From Rubripirellula sp. (GTDB lineage Bacteria > Planctomycetota > Planctomycetia > Pirellulales > Pirellulaceae), in assembly GCA_965216875.1 (NCBI GenBank), contig OZ244207.1, positions 7,264,001 through 7,328,000 of the forward strand: a stretch of 64,000 nucleotides of DNA, read 5' to 3'. The position numbers and the translations under genes are program-made. The notes beneath the pieces were generated by a model. It saw nothing but the letters and a program-made list of their open reading frames with translations, made no database searches and had not been told where the DNA came from. Shown piece by piece: positions 18,767-29,112 of this stretch (within the stretch, counting starts at the first letter, position 1; each line of letters starts with the position of its first letter).

Positions 18767-20566
18767 ATGAGCACTGCCACTTTGCCGCTTCGCAAGGATG
18801 TTGCTCCCGAAGACTGCTGGGATCTTTCCAGCCTCTACGGCGATGACGCTGCATGGGAATCGGACTTCAAAAAACTCGAAGAACAGATTGCCACCTTCGA
18901 AACCTTCAAGGGACGACTGGGAGAATCGGCAGCAGTGTTGGCGGAGGCACTCACGTTCGACTCCGATTTTGATCGGACTGCCGAACGCCTCGGCTACTAC
19001 GCGTTCTTGAAGACGACCGAAGATCAAGGCAACAGCGACTACCAGGCGATGAAGTCGCGGTACCAGAATCTCGCTGTTCGCGCCAGTCAAGCGGCGAGCT
19101 ACATCCGGCCTGAGTTGTTGGCGATCGACCAGGAAAGCATGGCGTCGATGATGGAGGACGAATCGATCGCGCCGTTTCGTTTGCAGCTCGAACGGCTTGT
19201 TCGCTATCGACCCCATACGCTGAGCGACAACGAAGAACGTTTGCTGGCCATGCAAGGCGAAATGGCTGGCGCGGCAGGCAACGCGTTTCGTCAACTCAAC
19301 GATGCCGACTTGCGATTCGGAGAAGTCGAGGATCACAACGGTGACAAGATCGAACTGTCGCACGCGACCTTCGGTCAGCTCTTGATCAGCCCCGAACGCG
19401 CCGTCCGACGCAAAGCCTTTGATCAGTACTACGAACAATTCTCGGGGCACGAAAACACCCTTGCCGCGACCCTTTCGGGAAGCATTCAGCGTGACGTCTA
19501 CTATGCCCGCGCACGCAACTACGAAAGCAGTTTGCAGTCGGCGCTGTTCCCCGACAACGTTCCCGTCGATGTTTACGACAACCTCATTTCTGCAGTTCGC
19601 GACTCATTGCCCAGCGTCCATCACTACTTTGATGTTCGACGACGCAAGATGGGACTCAAAGACATTCACCACTACGACACGTACGTGCCGATCCTGAGTG
19701 ACATCGAGAAACACCACACTTGGGACCAAGCCGTCGAAGTGATTCTCGAGTCGCTCGCACCACTTGGAAGCGAGTACGTTGCTGCACTCGAAGATGGTCT
19801 AAGCGGCCGCTGGGCTGATCGCTATCCAAATCGTGGAAAACAGAGCGGTGCATTCAGTTGTGGTTCGTTCGACGGCGATCCCTACATTTTGATGAACTTT
19901 AAAGAACAGGTTCTCAATGATGTCTTCACATTGACGCACGAAGCGGGGCATTCGATGCACAGCTTCTATTCGGCACGCAATCAGCCCTACCAGTACTACA
20001 ACTACACGATCTTCGTCGCCGAAGTTGCAAGTACGTTCAATGAACAACTGTTGACCGAACATTTGCTCAACAATGCATCGGACGATAATGAACGGGCTTA
20101 CTTGATCAATAACGAACTTGACAGCATCCGCGCGACGGTCGTTCGCCAAACGATGTTTGCCGAGTTTGAAAAGAAGACGCACGAGATGGCGGAAGCAGGT
20201 GAGCCATTGACCGTGAAGTCATTCCGAGCCGTGTACCGAGAACTGCTCGACGCTTACTTTGGCCCCGACTTCGTGATCGACGAAACGCTCGAACTCGAGT
20301 GCTTTCGTATCCCGCACTTTTACCGCGCGTTTTACGTTTACAAGTACGCAACCGGCTTGAGCGCCGCGGTGGCTTTGTCACGCCGCGTCCTTGCTGGCGG
20401 TGAAAAAGAGCTGGCCGACTACCACACCTTCTTGTCGGGCGGTTGCAGCAAAGACCCTCTCGACTTACTGCGTGATGCGGGCGTCGACATGGCGAGCTCC
20501 GAACCGGTCACAACCACCCTCAAGCGATTCGCGGAACTGACCGAAGAGCTCGATCAACTGATCTAG
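18767..20566 (+). CDS. pepF: Oligoendopeptidase F (M3B)
   Basis: WDLSSLY, GKQSGAFS, FTLTHEAGHSMH, IFVAEVASTFNE, IPHFYRAFYVYKYATG. Confidence 0.96.
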   Translation: MSTATLPLRKDVAPEDCWDLSSLYGDDAAWESDFKKLEEQIATFETFKGRLGESAAVLAEALTFDSDFDRTAERLGYYAFLKTTEDQGNSDYQAMKSRYQNLAVRASQAASYIRPELLAIDQESMASMMEDESIAPFRLQLERLVRYRPHTLSDNEERLLAMQGEMAGAAGNAFRQLNDADLRFGEVEDHNGDKIELSHATFGQLLISPERAVRRKAFDQYYEQFSGHENTLAATLSGSIQRDVYYARARNYESSLQSALFPDNVPVDVYDNLISAVRDSLPSVHHYFDVRRRKMGLKDIHHYDTYVPILSDIEKHHTWDQAVEVILESLAPLGSEYVAALEDGLSGRWADRYPNRGKQSGAFSCGSFDGDPYILMNFKEQVLNDVFTLTHEAGHSMHSFYSARNQPYQYYNYTIFVAEVASTFNEQLLTEHLLNNASDDNERAYLINNELDSIRATVVRQTMFAEFEKKTHEMAEAGEPLTVKSFRAVYRELLDAYFGPDFVIDETLELECFRIPHFYRAFYVYKYATGLSAAVALSRRVLAGGEKELADYHTFLSGGCSKDPLDLLRDAGVDMASSEPVTTTLKRFAELTEELDQLI

Positions 20567-20569
20567 GCG

Positions 20570-20676
20570 GTGAGCCGAACGAGCTAACGTCGGGCCTGGG
20601 TAGTCAACCGTAGCTACCTTCGCCAGAAGGTGGGATGCGCTGTTGATCACACTGCCTACGCCGTGGCGAGCCTAGC
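20570..20676. repeat. REP mosaic (GTGAGCCG arm plus GTAGCTAC element)
   Basis: GTGAGCCGAACGAGCTAACGTCGGGCC at 20570; 20609-20640 is an exact reverse complement of 63902-63933. Confidence 0.85.
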
Positions 20677-20803
20677 GTGCTCCGCTCCGACGAACGCTCG
20701 ATCGTTGGTTAGTCCACACGCTTTGCCATGGACGATTCCATCACCGCTAGAATACGCTCGAAACCCTTCTTGTCTCGATTGTCTTTTTGAAGCGGACAGG
20801 CAC

Positions 20804-22390
20804 ATGACGACGCTTACCTTCTGTGGTGCCGCTGGCACGGTCACTGGTTCTTGCTCGCACATCGATAGTGAAGCGGGAAAATTCCTCGTCGACTGCGGGC
20901 TCTTCCAGGGCAACCGCACAACCCAAGAGTTGAACCTAGGCGAGTTTCCATTCGATGCTTCGAAAGCTGAGTTCCTGGTTCTGACTCACGCTCACATTGA
21001 CCACAGCGGTCTGCTTCCGAAGCTGGTGCGAGCCGGTTTCGAAGGCACGATCTTTGCCACGGAAGCGACGTGTGACTTGCTGGAGTTCATGATTCGTGAC
21101 TCGGCGCACATTCAGGAATCGAATGCCGAGCGGCAAAACAAGAAACGCCAACGCCGAGGACAGGAGTTGGTGCAGCCGATCTACACGATCCCCGACGCCG
21201 AAAAAACGATGCAGCTGGTCAAGCCCGTGAAGTATGAAACCTGGTTCGAACCGAAGCCGGGCATTCGCGTCCGTTTTTGGAATGCGGGCCACTTGCTCGG
21301 ATCGGCATCGGCCGAAGTTGAAATCACAGAGTGTGCGTCGAGCAAAACTTTGCGGCTGCTCTTTTCTGGCGATCTTGGTCCAGAAGAAAAGGTGTTTCAT
21401 CCCGAACCCGATGCGCCCACCGGCTACGACTACATCATTTGCGAAAGCACTTATGGCGACCGCGAACGCGAAGACTACACGCTGGAAAAACGTCGTGAGG
21501 CGATGCGCGCGGAACTTGTTCGCGGTTTGGAGCGAGGGGGCAATGTGGTGATTCCTTCGTTCGCGGTCGAACGAAGTCAGGAATTGTTGCACGACATCGG
21601 CGTGCTCCTATCGACCGGCCAGATCCCCGACGCCAATGTCTATCTCGATTCGCCACTGGCACGCAAAGTTACCGAGGTCTTCATTCGTCATTCTTCCGCA
21701 ATGGAAGATATCGAAGTCAATGAAAGCGAGTTGTTTCGGCATCCGAATTTTCACTTGGTGCAAAGTGTTGATGAGAGCAAAGCGGTCAACCGAATCAAAG
21801 GGGGCGCGATCATCATCTCGGCCAGTGGCATGTGCAATGCGGGACGCATCAAACACCACCTGCGCAGCAACATCTGGCGTCCCGAATCGACGATCCTGTT
21901 TGTTGGCTACCAGTCGCCAGGCACACTCGGGCACATCATCACCAGTGGGGCCAAAGAGGTGCGGATCCACGGCAAGGATTGTAAGGTCGCGGCCGAGATT
22001 CGTCGGCTCGGCAACTACTCGGCTCATGCCGACCAAAGCGAACTGATTGATTGGATCCTTGAACGAGGGCCGGCGACGGGTGGATTGTTTCTCAACCACG
22101 GTGATGACGAAGCACGTGCCGAACTGCGTCGATTGCTCGTCGAGCGTGGTCTCGACGGCGATCAGATTTTCATGCCGCAATTCGATGAGCGTTTCGAATT
22201 GGTGGCCGGCGATGCGGCAAAATCGACAGGGCGACCCGAGCCACGCATCGATCACGATTCGCTGCTACGCGATTGGCACAACGACTATGCAGCATTCGTT
22301 TTGGAATTGGGCAATCGGTTGCAAAACGCGGATTCGGCCAGCGCAAAGAGGGCACTGATTTCGAAGCTGCAATCGGTCTTGGAAGAGTGA
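20804..22390 (+). CDS. MBL-fold beta-CASP metallo-hydrolase (Ysh1/CPSF-like RNase family)
   Basis: GAAGTVTGS, LTHAHIDHSG, NAGHLLGS, FSGDLG, ESTYG, SASGMC, YSAHAD. Confidence 0.93.
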   Translation: MTTLTFCGAAGTVTGSCSHIDSEAGKFLVDCGLFQGNRTTQELNLGEFPFDASKAEFLVLTHAHIDHSGLLPKLVRAGFEGTIFATEATCDLLEFMIRDSAHIQESNAERQNKKRQRRGQELVQPIYTIPDAEKTMQLVKPVKYETWFEPKPGIRVRFWNAGHLLGSASAEVEITECASSKTLRLLFSGDLGPEEKVFHPEPDAPTGYDYIICESTYGDREREDYTLEKRREAMRAELVRGLERGGNVVIPSFAVERSQELLHDIGVLLSTGQIPDANVYLDSPLARKVTEVFIRHSSAMEDIEVNESELFRHPNFHLVQSVDESKAVNRIKGGAIIISASGMCNAGRIKHHLRSNIWRPESTILFVGYQSPGTLGHIITSGAKEVRIHGKDCKVAAEIRRLGNYSAHADQSELIDWILERGPATGGLFLNHGDDEARAELRRLLVERGLDGDQIFMPQFDERFELVAGDAAKSTGRPEPRIDHDSLLRDWHNDYAAFVLELGNRLQNADSASAKRALISKLQSVLEE

Positions 22391-22403
22391 CGCTCGGCAG
22401 TTT

Positions 22404-22631
22404 GTAGTCCCGCCTTCAGGCGGGTTGTGAGAAGATTCCGGCTAAAGCTCGGTACTACGAACAGGCCTTCCTCGTTGCCACGCTCGGCGTCCCTACCCCG
22501 TGAGCCGAACGCGCTAGCGTCGGGCCTTACACTCTTTTCGATCTCGAGCCCGACGCTAGCGAGTTCGGCTGATGCGTGAGCTGCAAGGTGTTTGCAACAC
22601 ACCAACCCTTCCGGCTCTCGGTACTACGAAC
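22404..22631. repeat. REP mosaic (GTAGTCCCGCC...GGTACTAC, CTCGTTGCCACGCT, and a paired GTGAGCCG element)
   Basis: Palindromic arms are visible, e.g. GTGAGCCGAACGCGCTAGCGTCGGGC...GCCCGACGCTAGCGAGTTCGGCTGA (22500-22572). Confidence 0.88.
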
Positions 22632-22934
22632 GGCGCCCGCGAAGCACCGCCAGGAAATTTTCAAGAAAAGCGCAAAGCCGATGTAAGAGGCTCGATTTGG
22701 CTTGCCACTAACGGTCTGGCGGTTGTTGTCGAAGCCTCGCAGGCGGTTTGGATCGGCAAAATCGTTTCGATCGAGAGAGCACTCCGCACGGGCTTCGGTA
22801 TTACGATAGGTTCAGTCGCAGTTGTTGCGGCACACCCCCTTTTTGCTGATGGGCCAGGTGTCACTGGTCGGTCAGTCGCCTTCCGCCACATCGAGCACCC
22901 TTCGGTGTGGTGATAAAAGTCGGGTTGAATAGGT

Positions 22935-23555
22935 TTGACGCGAATCGACGCCGGATCCTCGGAAGCACACACGACACCTTACGCTGATGATCGGCGTTTG
23001 GTCGATCAACTGGTGCGCGGTGATGGTCAAGCCTGGCAGGAATTTGTTCAAACGCACGGACGACTCGTGCGGTCTCGTGTCGCCGATGTCGCTTCCACGT
23101 TTGGACGCAGCGAGGATGATTCGGCCATCGACGATGCAACTGCCGAAGTGTTTGCGGCGCTACTGGGCAACAACGCTGCTGCACTCCGAGCGTTTGCTGG
23201 CCGTTCGTCCCTGGGAACGTATGTCGCCGTCATTGCCACTCGCAGCGCGACGCGTGGGTTCGCACGAAAGCGATTGGTGGTGCCTGCGTCAGAAAACGAA
23301 CTCGATCAGGCACGCGATGGGGCGGTCGATCCTGCGCATGGAGTCATCAACGCGGAACAACGCCAGCGATTGCATTTGATGTTGGAGCGATTACCCCCGA
23401 AACAACGCCACGTCGTCAGTCTATTCCATTTGCAAGGCAAAAGTTATGCCGACATCAGCCAACAACTCGACATGCCCATCGGGTCCATTGGCCCCACACT
23501 TCGACGCGCCGAAGCGAGACTCAGGCAACTGATGGAAAACGAAACGACGCATTGA
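22935..23555 (+). CDS. ECF RNA polymerase sigma-70 factor
   Basis: GDGQAWQEFV, DDATAEVF, FAGRSSLGTYV (region 2); LERLPPKQRHVVSLFHLQGKSYADISQQLDMPIGSIGPTLRRA (region 4). Confidence 0.93.
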   Translation: MTRIDAGSSEAHTTPYADDRRLVDQLVRGDGQAWQEFVQTHGRLVRSRVADVASTFGRSEDDSAIDDATAEVFAALLGNNAAALRAFAGRSSLGTYVAVIATRSATRGFARKRLVVPASENELDQARDGAVDPAHGVINAEQRQRLHLMLERLPPKQRHVVSLFHLQGKSYADISQQLDMPIGSIGPTLRRAEARLRQLMENETTH

Positions 23556-23591
23556 AGCCGTTATGACAAACCCTATGACAAGTTTGATTTT

Positions 23592-25691
23592 GTGAACCGC
23601 CAAACGATCTTAGCCAGCATCGAACAGCATCTTCGCGACGATTTCGCGAAGACTGGTCGTGCGCGCCCACTCGGCGAGATCGTTCCAGCGGTCGCACAGG
23701 AGATTCGATCAGGATTTGTTCCTGGCCCCGACGCGCCCAAAGCTCGCGTGATCCCCATCGAACAAGTCGCTGCCTTTGTCGGTGGGCAGTTGTCGGAACA
23801 GGAGGACGAGAAGATTTGCCAAGCGGTGTTGACCGACAACAGTGTGCTTGCCGAAATCATCGCAGCGGTTCGCGCCGGGCAAACGTCAAATGATGCACAG
23901 CCGCCGCTTTCCAACGCGTTGATGTCGCGGCTGATGTCAATGTCATCCGAACTCCCCAACGCACAACCGACGCCGACCCTTTCGCTAGTCATTCCCGAGC
24001 ACGAAGCCGATCCGTCGTTGGTAAACGTGACGCCGCTCGATCTTGAACAACGGCAAGGGCAGCAAGCAAATGATCCAACCGGTCAAGAAGTAGCGGAAGT
24101 TGGCGTTGCGAAGACGCCACTGAATCCGACGGTTGTTCGCTGGGCTTCGGTTGCGGCGCTTGCAGTCGCAGCGACCATCATTGGCGTGATCCTTGCCGTG
24201 GCCACCAATCGCGAGTCTGTTCAGCCAACCGAGCATGAGATCGTTGAAAACACGCCTAACGAACTTGAGCCCAACGGTATCGAACGCGAAATTCCGGATG
24301 GGCCGAATCTCGAGCCGGAAGGTGATCCGGTCGTTGTTGCCGTCGAGACGCCTGACAATAACACTCCCCGACAAAGTCCTGATGATGTCGAGCCGGTTGA
24401 GTTGGAAAAGGTCGACCCCGATCCAATGTTGGATCCGGTCCCTGAGTCGATCGTCAACGATGAGGTGCTCGATGAAGAGCCATCCATGCTCGAGATCCCT
24501 GAGCTGATTGACCAGTTACCGGAAACGCCTGCCACGGCGCCGCCGACTCGACTGGCCGCCATGCGATGGACAGAAATCAGCGGGCTGTTGACCCAGCAAA
24601 GCGTTCCATCGGGGACGGCGGCGCGGCGACCGTCTTGGAAAGCGGTTGCCGAGCGAGAAGGTAATCTGGATGTTGCTGCCGGCGCAGTGAGTTTGAGGAC
24701 TCTGCCACTTTCGCGAGCTCAAGCCGAGATTCCGGGTGGCGGTCGAATCGTTTTGGCTGCGGATAGCGGGATGTTGGTCAGCTCGGGCGGATCGCGCGCG
24801 TCGGTGGTGATCGATTTGCACCATGGTTCGCTTGCCCTGCTGGACCTACCCGATGGTACCGTTGTTGCGGTACGTGGCGGCGACCGGTGGTTTGCACGAT
24901 TGAAGTGGACGGAAAAAGCAGCGGTGGTGTTGCAACGAGCCGCAGATGGTTTGCAGGTTCACGTCAATCGCGGTGAAGTTGCCGTCAACGATCAACCTCG
25001 TCAAGCCGAGTCGATCAACGTCACGCTTGACCAGGATGTCGAGCCAATCGATCGACCGAAACGCTTGCCCAACTGGGTGGATCGTCCGGTCGATTCGGTG
25101 ACCATCCCGCGCAATATCCTCGCACAAATCGCCGATACCGATAATGTGATGGTGACATTGAATCAGCGCATCAACGACTACGCGAGCGCACCCCAGCTCA
25201 ACGCGGCGGACCAGCGAACACTCGCCACGCTCGCAGGTTGGCAAGTCTCGATGGCGGGGCCCAATCTTTTTCGTTTGATCAGCAGCCGCGTTCCCGCTGT
25301 TCGCTTGGCGGCCATGCAACGACTGGTTGCGATGTCAAAAGCCGATTCACGCTACAACCTGACATGGCGAGTGATCGAACGGACGCATCCCAACAAGCAA
25401 CGTGTGCAACAGATTCGTCGCTGGTGCGAAATGGCGCGTCAAGGCATTCCGCCCAATCGCAGCCAAACCGAGCAGATGGTCACCGGGCTGGCGGCTCAAG
25501 ATTTGGCGGGGCGAGCAATGGCCGACTTTATGCTGCGTCGATTCTTCGGCAACCAAGTCCCCGCCGCGGATCCAACCTGGACCGGAGCACGCCAGCAGCG
25601 AGTGATCAACAACTGGCGCCAAAAACTTGGTTTGCCCGCCACTCGCGGAAACGCAAACGGTGCCGCGCTGTCGCCCGCCGCAGCCAACTAG
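23592..25691 (+). CDS. Probable membrane anti-sigma factor (cytoplasmic N-domain, TM helix, acidic Pro-rich linker, FecR-like beta region, helical C-terminus)
   Basis: Directly follows the ECF sigma; TM WASVAALAVAATIIGVILAVA; 'LQVHVNRGEVAV' FecR-like strand pattern. Confidence 0.65.
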   Translation: MNRQTILASIEQHLRDDFAKTGRARPLGEIVPAVAQEIRSGFVPGPDAPKARVIPIEQVAAFVGGQLSEQEDEKICQAVLTDNSVLAEIIAAVRAGQTSNDAQPPLSNALMSRLMSMSSELPNAQPTPTLSLVIPEHEADPSLVNVTPLDLEQRQGQQANDPTGQEVAEVGVAKTPLNPTVVRWASVAALAVAATIIGVILAVATNRESVQPTEHEIVENTPNELEPNGIEREIPDGPNLEPEGDPVVVAVETPDNNTPRQSPDDVEPVELEKVDPDPMLDPVPESIVNDEVLDEEPSMLEIPELIDQLPETPATAPPTRLAAMRWTEISGLLTQQSVPSGTAARRPSWKAVAEREGNLDVAAGAVSLRTLPLSRAQAEIPGGGRIVLAADSGMLVSSGGSRASVVIDLHHGSLALLDLPDGTVVAVRGGDRWFARLKWTEKAAVVLQRAADGLQVHVNRGEVAVNDQPRQAESINVTLDQDVEPIDRPKRLPNWVDRPVDSVTIPRNILAQIADTDNVMVTLNQRINDYASAPQLNAADQRTLATLAGWQVSMAGPNLFRLISSRVPAVRLAAMQRLVAMSKADSRYNLTWRVIERTHPNKQRVQQIRRWCEMARQGIPPNRSQTEQMVTGLAAQDLAGRAMADFMLRRFFGNQVPAADPTWTGARQQRVINNWRQKLGLPATRGNANGAALSPAAAN

Positions 25692-25702
25692 CAAACCAGA
25701 AG

Positions 25703-25920
25703 GTGAGCCGAACGCGCTAGCGTCGGGCCCCTCATCACATCACGAGCAGCAAGACGCTGGCACTGCGTGTTAGCACTCTCCCTTGGGAGAGTCGGGCTCT
25801 AAGGCCCGGAGAGGGTTTGTTTGATGATAATCATTCCCTCGCCGGACTTTGCATCCGACCCTCCCGCACGCGGGAGGGTGATTGTCTTCATGCATTCCGC
25901 CTGAAGGCGGTACTACGAAC
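25703..25920. repeat. REP mosaic between convergent genes (GTGAGCCG arm, CTCTCCC..GGGAGAG / CCCTCCC..GGGAGGG element, GGTACTAC arm)
   Basis: Direct matches to the other mosaics at 35275 and 22404. Confidence 0.85.
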
Positions 25921-25938
25921 GGAACAGCGGCGGCCCGC

Positions 25939-27489
25939 TCAACCTTTTCGTTTGGGTCGCTTCGGGCGGCCGAGGTTTTCGTCAACGGGTACTTGGAACT
26001 TGCGACGCAAACGCTTCAATTCGGTTTGCAATTCTTCCTGGACTTTGACGTAGTCTTTGTGTCCGTAGACGCTCGACAACTCGTTGGGATCTTTCTTGAG
26101 GTCAAACATCTCCCAGTCGTTGATCTTCTCGCCTTCGAGAGCGTAGAACCGCATCAACTTGAACTCACCATCGGTCACGCCGTAGTGGCGAGCGACGTTG
26201 TGGGCACCCGGGTTTTCGTAGTAGTGGTAGTAGAAAGTCTTACGCCAGTTTTTGGGTGTAGCGCCTTTCAGGATCGACGTGAAGCTACGTCCTTGCATGT
26301 CTTCGGGGACTTCAACACCGGCGATGTCCAGAAACGTTTCGGCGAAGTCGAGATTCGAGACGATGTCGTTGTTGATTGATCCTGGTTTGGTCACACCCGG
26401 CCAACGGACAAGCAAAGGTGTTTTGAGCGATTCTTCGTACATCCATCGCTTATCGAACCAACCGTGTTCGCCCAAATACCAGCCTTGGTCGGACGAGTAG
26501 ATCACGACGGTGTTGTCGGTCAGTCCTGCTTCATCGAGGTACCCGAGCACTTGGCCGATGCCGTCATCAACGCTTTTGACGCAGCGTAGGTAATCCTTGG
26601 CGTAGCGTTGGTATTTCCACTTGATGATTTCTTCTTCGGTCATTCCCGCACGAGCTTTTTGGAAGGCTTCGTTCTTGGGTTTGTATGCGGCATCCCAAAC
26701 CTTTTTTTGTTCGTCATTCATGTTGCCGTGACCGGTCAACTTCAAGTCACGATCATTCAGATGAGACTTGACGGTCATCGTTTGACGACCTGCGGCCCGC
26801 GTGCGGCCCGAGTAGTTGTCCCAAAGCGTCTCTGGCTCAGGCAACGTGACATCGTCGAGCCAATTGAGGTATTTGGGGGCGGGCATCCAATTGCGATGCG
26901 GAGCCTTGTGTTGGTACATGACCATGAATGGCTTGTTGGGATCACGGTCATTCTTGAGCCAGTCGAGTGTCTTGTCCGTGATGATTTCGGTGGTGTAGCC
27001 GGTGTGTGGCCGCGTGACCGGTTGGCCGTCCTCGCCCGCGGTGATCATCGGTGGGTTGTAGTAGGGGCCTTGGCCTTTCAGCACGTCGTAGTAGTCATAG
27101 CCTTGGGGTGTTGATGCCAAGTGCCACTTTCCGATCACGGCTGTCTGGTAGCCAGCGGCTTGTAACAGTTTCGGGAACGTTTGTTGGTCGCCGTTGAAAC
27201 GATTGCCGTTGCGAATGAAACCATTGAGGTGGCTGTACTTGCCCGTCTGGATCACCGCACGACTGGGGCCGCAGATTCCGTTGGTGACGTAGCAGCGATC
27301 AAAACGCATGCCCTCCGACGCAATCCGGTCCATGTTGGGAGTTGAGATGCGCGTGGGATCGTATGCACTGAGCGCTTGTTGGCAGTGATCATCCGTAAAG
27401 ATGAAGACGATGTTCGGCGGCTGGTCGGCCGCAAGTACAGAGGTGGTTAGCAGTCCGCAGAGAATCGCGGCAGACAGAAGGCGTGACAT
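25939..27489 (-). CDS. Sulfatase (S1 family, secreted)
   Basis: Signal peptide, PNIVFIFTDD, CGPSRAVIQTG, GKWHL, SDQG, FDKRWMYEES. Confidence 0.95.
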   Translation of the reverse strand: MSRLLSAAILCGLLTTSVLAADQPPNIVFIFTDDHCQQALSAYDPTRISTPNMDRIASEGMRFDRCYVTNGICGPSRAVIQTGKYSHLNGFIRNGNRFNGDQQTFPKLLQAAGYQTAVIGKWHLASTPQGYDYYDVLKGQGPYYNPPMITAGEDGQPVTRPHTGYTTEIITDKTLDWLKNDRDPNKPFMVMYQHKAPHRNWMPAPKYLNWLDDVTLPEPETLWDNYSGRTRAAGRQTMTVKSHLNDRDLKLTGHGNMNDEQKKVWDAAYKPKNEAFQKARAGMTEEEIIKWKYQRYAKDYLRCVKSVDDGIGQVLGYLDEAGLTDNTVVIYSSDQGWYLGEHGWFDKRWMYEESLKTPLLVRWPGVTKPGSINNDIVSNLDFAETFLDIAGVEVPEDMQGRSFTSILKGATPKNWRKTFYYHYYENPGAHNVARHYGVTDGEFKLMRFYALEGEKINDWEMFDLKKDPNELSSVYGHKDYVKVQEELQTELKRLRRKFQVPVDENLGRPKRPKRKG

Positions 27490-27715
27490 AAAGATCTCGT
27501 TCAGCAATGCGTGTGGTGGGACGGAGAGGTGGGATGTCGAGCCAACATCATAACCCAGCCCTGGCACCGACGCGTGTCGCCGTTTGGGGCTGGTTGGTCG
27601 TCAAAACCGGCAAATTCGGAGCGGGGTTCCTCCGCGACAAATCGCTCGGGAGTGATTATTTTGGAGGCCTTACCTCAAGTCCCACCATCCTGCTGATCGC
27701 CTTCAAGGACCCCCC

Positions 27716-29011
27716 ATGCCACGCGTTCTCGCAACGTCATTTGTTTCCCGTCTCGTCTTGGCAGCGACTGTCGCGACGTTTTCTGCCGGGATCTATGCCC
27801 AAGACAAAAAGGGCCCGGCTTTCACCGAACCGCCCAAGAACGATCCCAATTTCAATTTGCAGGGCGAATTCGTCGGCCGGCTCACCATCGAGGGCGAAGA
27901 GCAGGAGCCGCTCGGACTTCAGATTCGTCCAACCGGTGGAAACCATTTCGAAGCCGTTTCGTTCATGGGTGGCTTGCCCGGTGAAGAAAACCACAAGCCC
28001 GAACCGGTCAAGATGATCGGCCGTCGCAGCGGCGACTTCGTGATTCTCTCGGGCGGACCCTGGGCGATTTTCGTGGAGGCCGATAAGTGCCTTGTCGTCG
28101 ATCGTGAAGGAAACAAAGTTGGCCAACTTGAACGCATCAAGCGGAAGAGCCCCACCATGCACGCGCCCGCTCCCGAAGGCGCCGTGGTTCTTTTCGACGG
28201 TTCCAATATCGATCACTTCACCAAAGCGTCGATGACCAAAGACGGCTTGTTGATGCAAGGTGCTGATTTGAAGCCGATGTTCCAGGACTTTGACCTGCAC
28301 GTCGAATTTCGATTGCCCTACATGCCGCAAGCTGTTGGCCAATCACGCGGCAACAGTGGTTTGTACCTGCAAAGCCGTTACGAGTGCCAAATCCTCGACT
28401 CGTTCGGGCAAGACCGATTGATCAACGGTTTGGGCGCGCTCTACAAGCTTCGCAAGCCCGACGTAAACATGTGCTTTCCGCCGTTGGTATGGCAAACCTA
28501 TGACGTTCGCTTTACGGCGCCACGTTGGGCAGCCGATGGATCAAAGCTGCGTGATGCTCACATCACTTCTTGGATCAACGGTGTCAAAGTGCAAGACAAC
28601 GTTGCACTGCCAAGCAAGACAGGTGCGGGAAGCCCTGAGGAGCCAACGCTACGACCATCAAGGCTGCAAGACCATGGTGACCCCGTTCGTTTTCGAAACA
28701 TTTGGTTGGTCGACCGCGGCATGACACCGGGGGTCGAATTCCCAGTCATCCCAACCGAAGAACAGCTGGCTGAGATGGCAGCGGCAAAGGAAAAGGTTGC
28801 ACAGGAAAAGAAAGCCGAGGCCAAGCGAAAAGCGGCCGAAAAGGAAAAGGCTCAAAAGGCCGCCGAGGCTAAAAAGAAAGCGGAAGCAGAAGCCAAGGCT
28901 GCCGAGAAGAAACCAGAGCCTGAGACCCCTACAAAGCCAGCTTCCGAGCCCAAGGCTGAAGAGAAACCGGCGGAGGATCAACCCGCCGCAGACGAAGCAA
29001 CCGAGAACTAA
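27716..29011 (+). CDS. DUF1080 (3-keto-disaccharide hydrolase family) protein with Lys/Ala/Glu-rich C-terminal tail
   Basis: LFDG, FQDFDLHVEF, GNSGLY, YECQILDS, WQTYDV, LQDHGDPVRFRNIW. Confidence 0.9.
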   Translation: MPRVLATSFVSRLVLAATVATFSAGIYAQDKKGPAFTEPPKNDPNFNLQGEFVGRLTIEGEEQEPLGLQIRPTGGNHFEAVSFMGGLPGEENHKPEPVKMIGRRSGDFVILSGGPWAIFVEADKCLVVDREGNKVGQLERIKRKSPTMHAPAPEGAVVLFDGSNIDHFTKASMTKDGLLMQGADLKPMFQDFDLHVEFRLPYMPQAVGQSRGNSGLYLQSRYECQILDSFGQDRLINGLGALYKLRKPDVNMCFPPLVWQTYDVRFTAPRWAADGSKLRDAHITSWINGVKVQDNVALPSKTGAGSPEEPTLRPSRLQDHGDPVRFRNIWLVDRGMTPGVEFPVIPTEEQLAEMAAAKEKVAQEKKAEAKRKAAEKEKAQKAAEAKKKAEAEAKAAEKKPEPETPTKPASEPKAEEKPAEDQPAADEATEN

Positions 29012-29022
29012 GCTCGGCCGCC

Positions 29023-29062
29023 GTAGGCCGGATCAAGGAGCGACAGCGACACCGATCCGGCA
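29023..29062. repeat. GTAG-type REP (GTAGGCCGGATC...GATCCGGC)
   Basis: GTAG tetranucleotide followed by GCCGGATC/GATCCGGC inverted arms, between convergent stop codons. Confidence 0.65.
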
Positions 29063-29112
29063 CGACACAATGACCAAGTGCGTGCTTGCACGTGCAGGTA
29101 CACACCCGACGT

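Noticed and set aside
20630..20803. Long N-terminal extensions in the ORF track (MBL hydrolase, HD-GYP, 42694 ORF, 49451 ORF, 48909 ORF)
   Set aside because: The extensions run through REPs, promoters or neighbouring genes; downstream starts match the family N-termini and/or have Shine-Dalgarno sites.
20804..22390. MBL beta-CASP nuclease as an anti-phage defence gene
   Set aside because: It matches the widespread Ysh1-like family and sits among housekeeping genes with no defence-island neighbours.
22661..22972. 103-aa minus-strand ORF upstream of the ECF sigma
   Set aside because: No recognisable motif and it overlaps the sigma start; more likely promoter DNA, though a small gene cannot be excluded.
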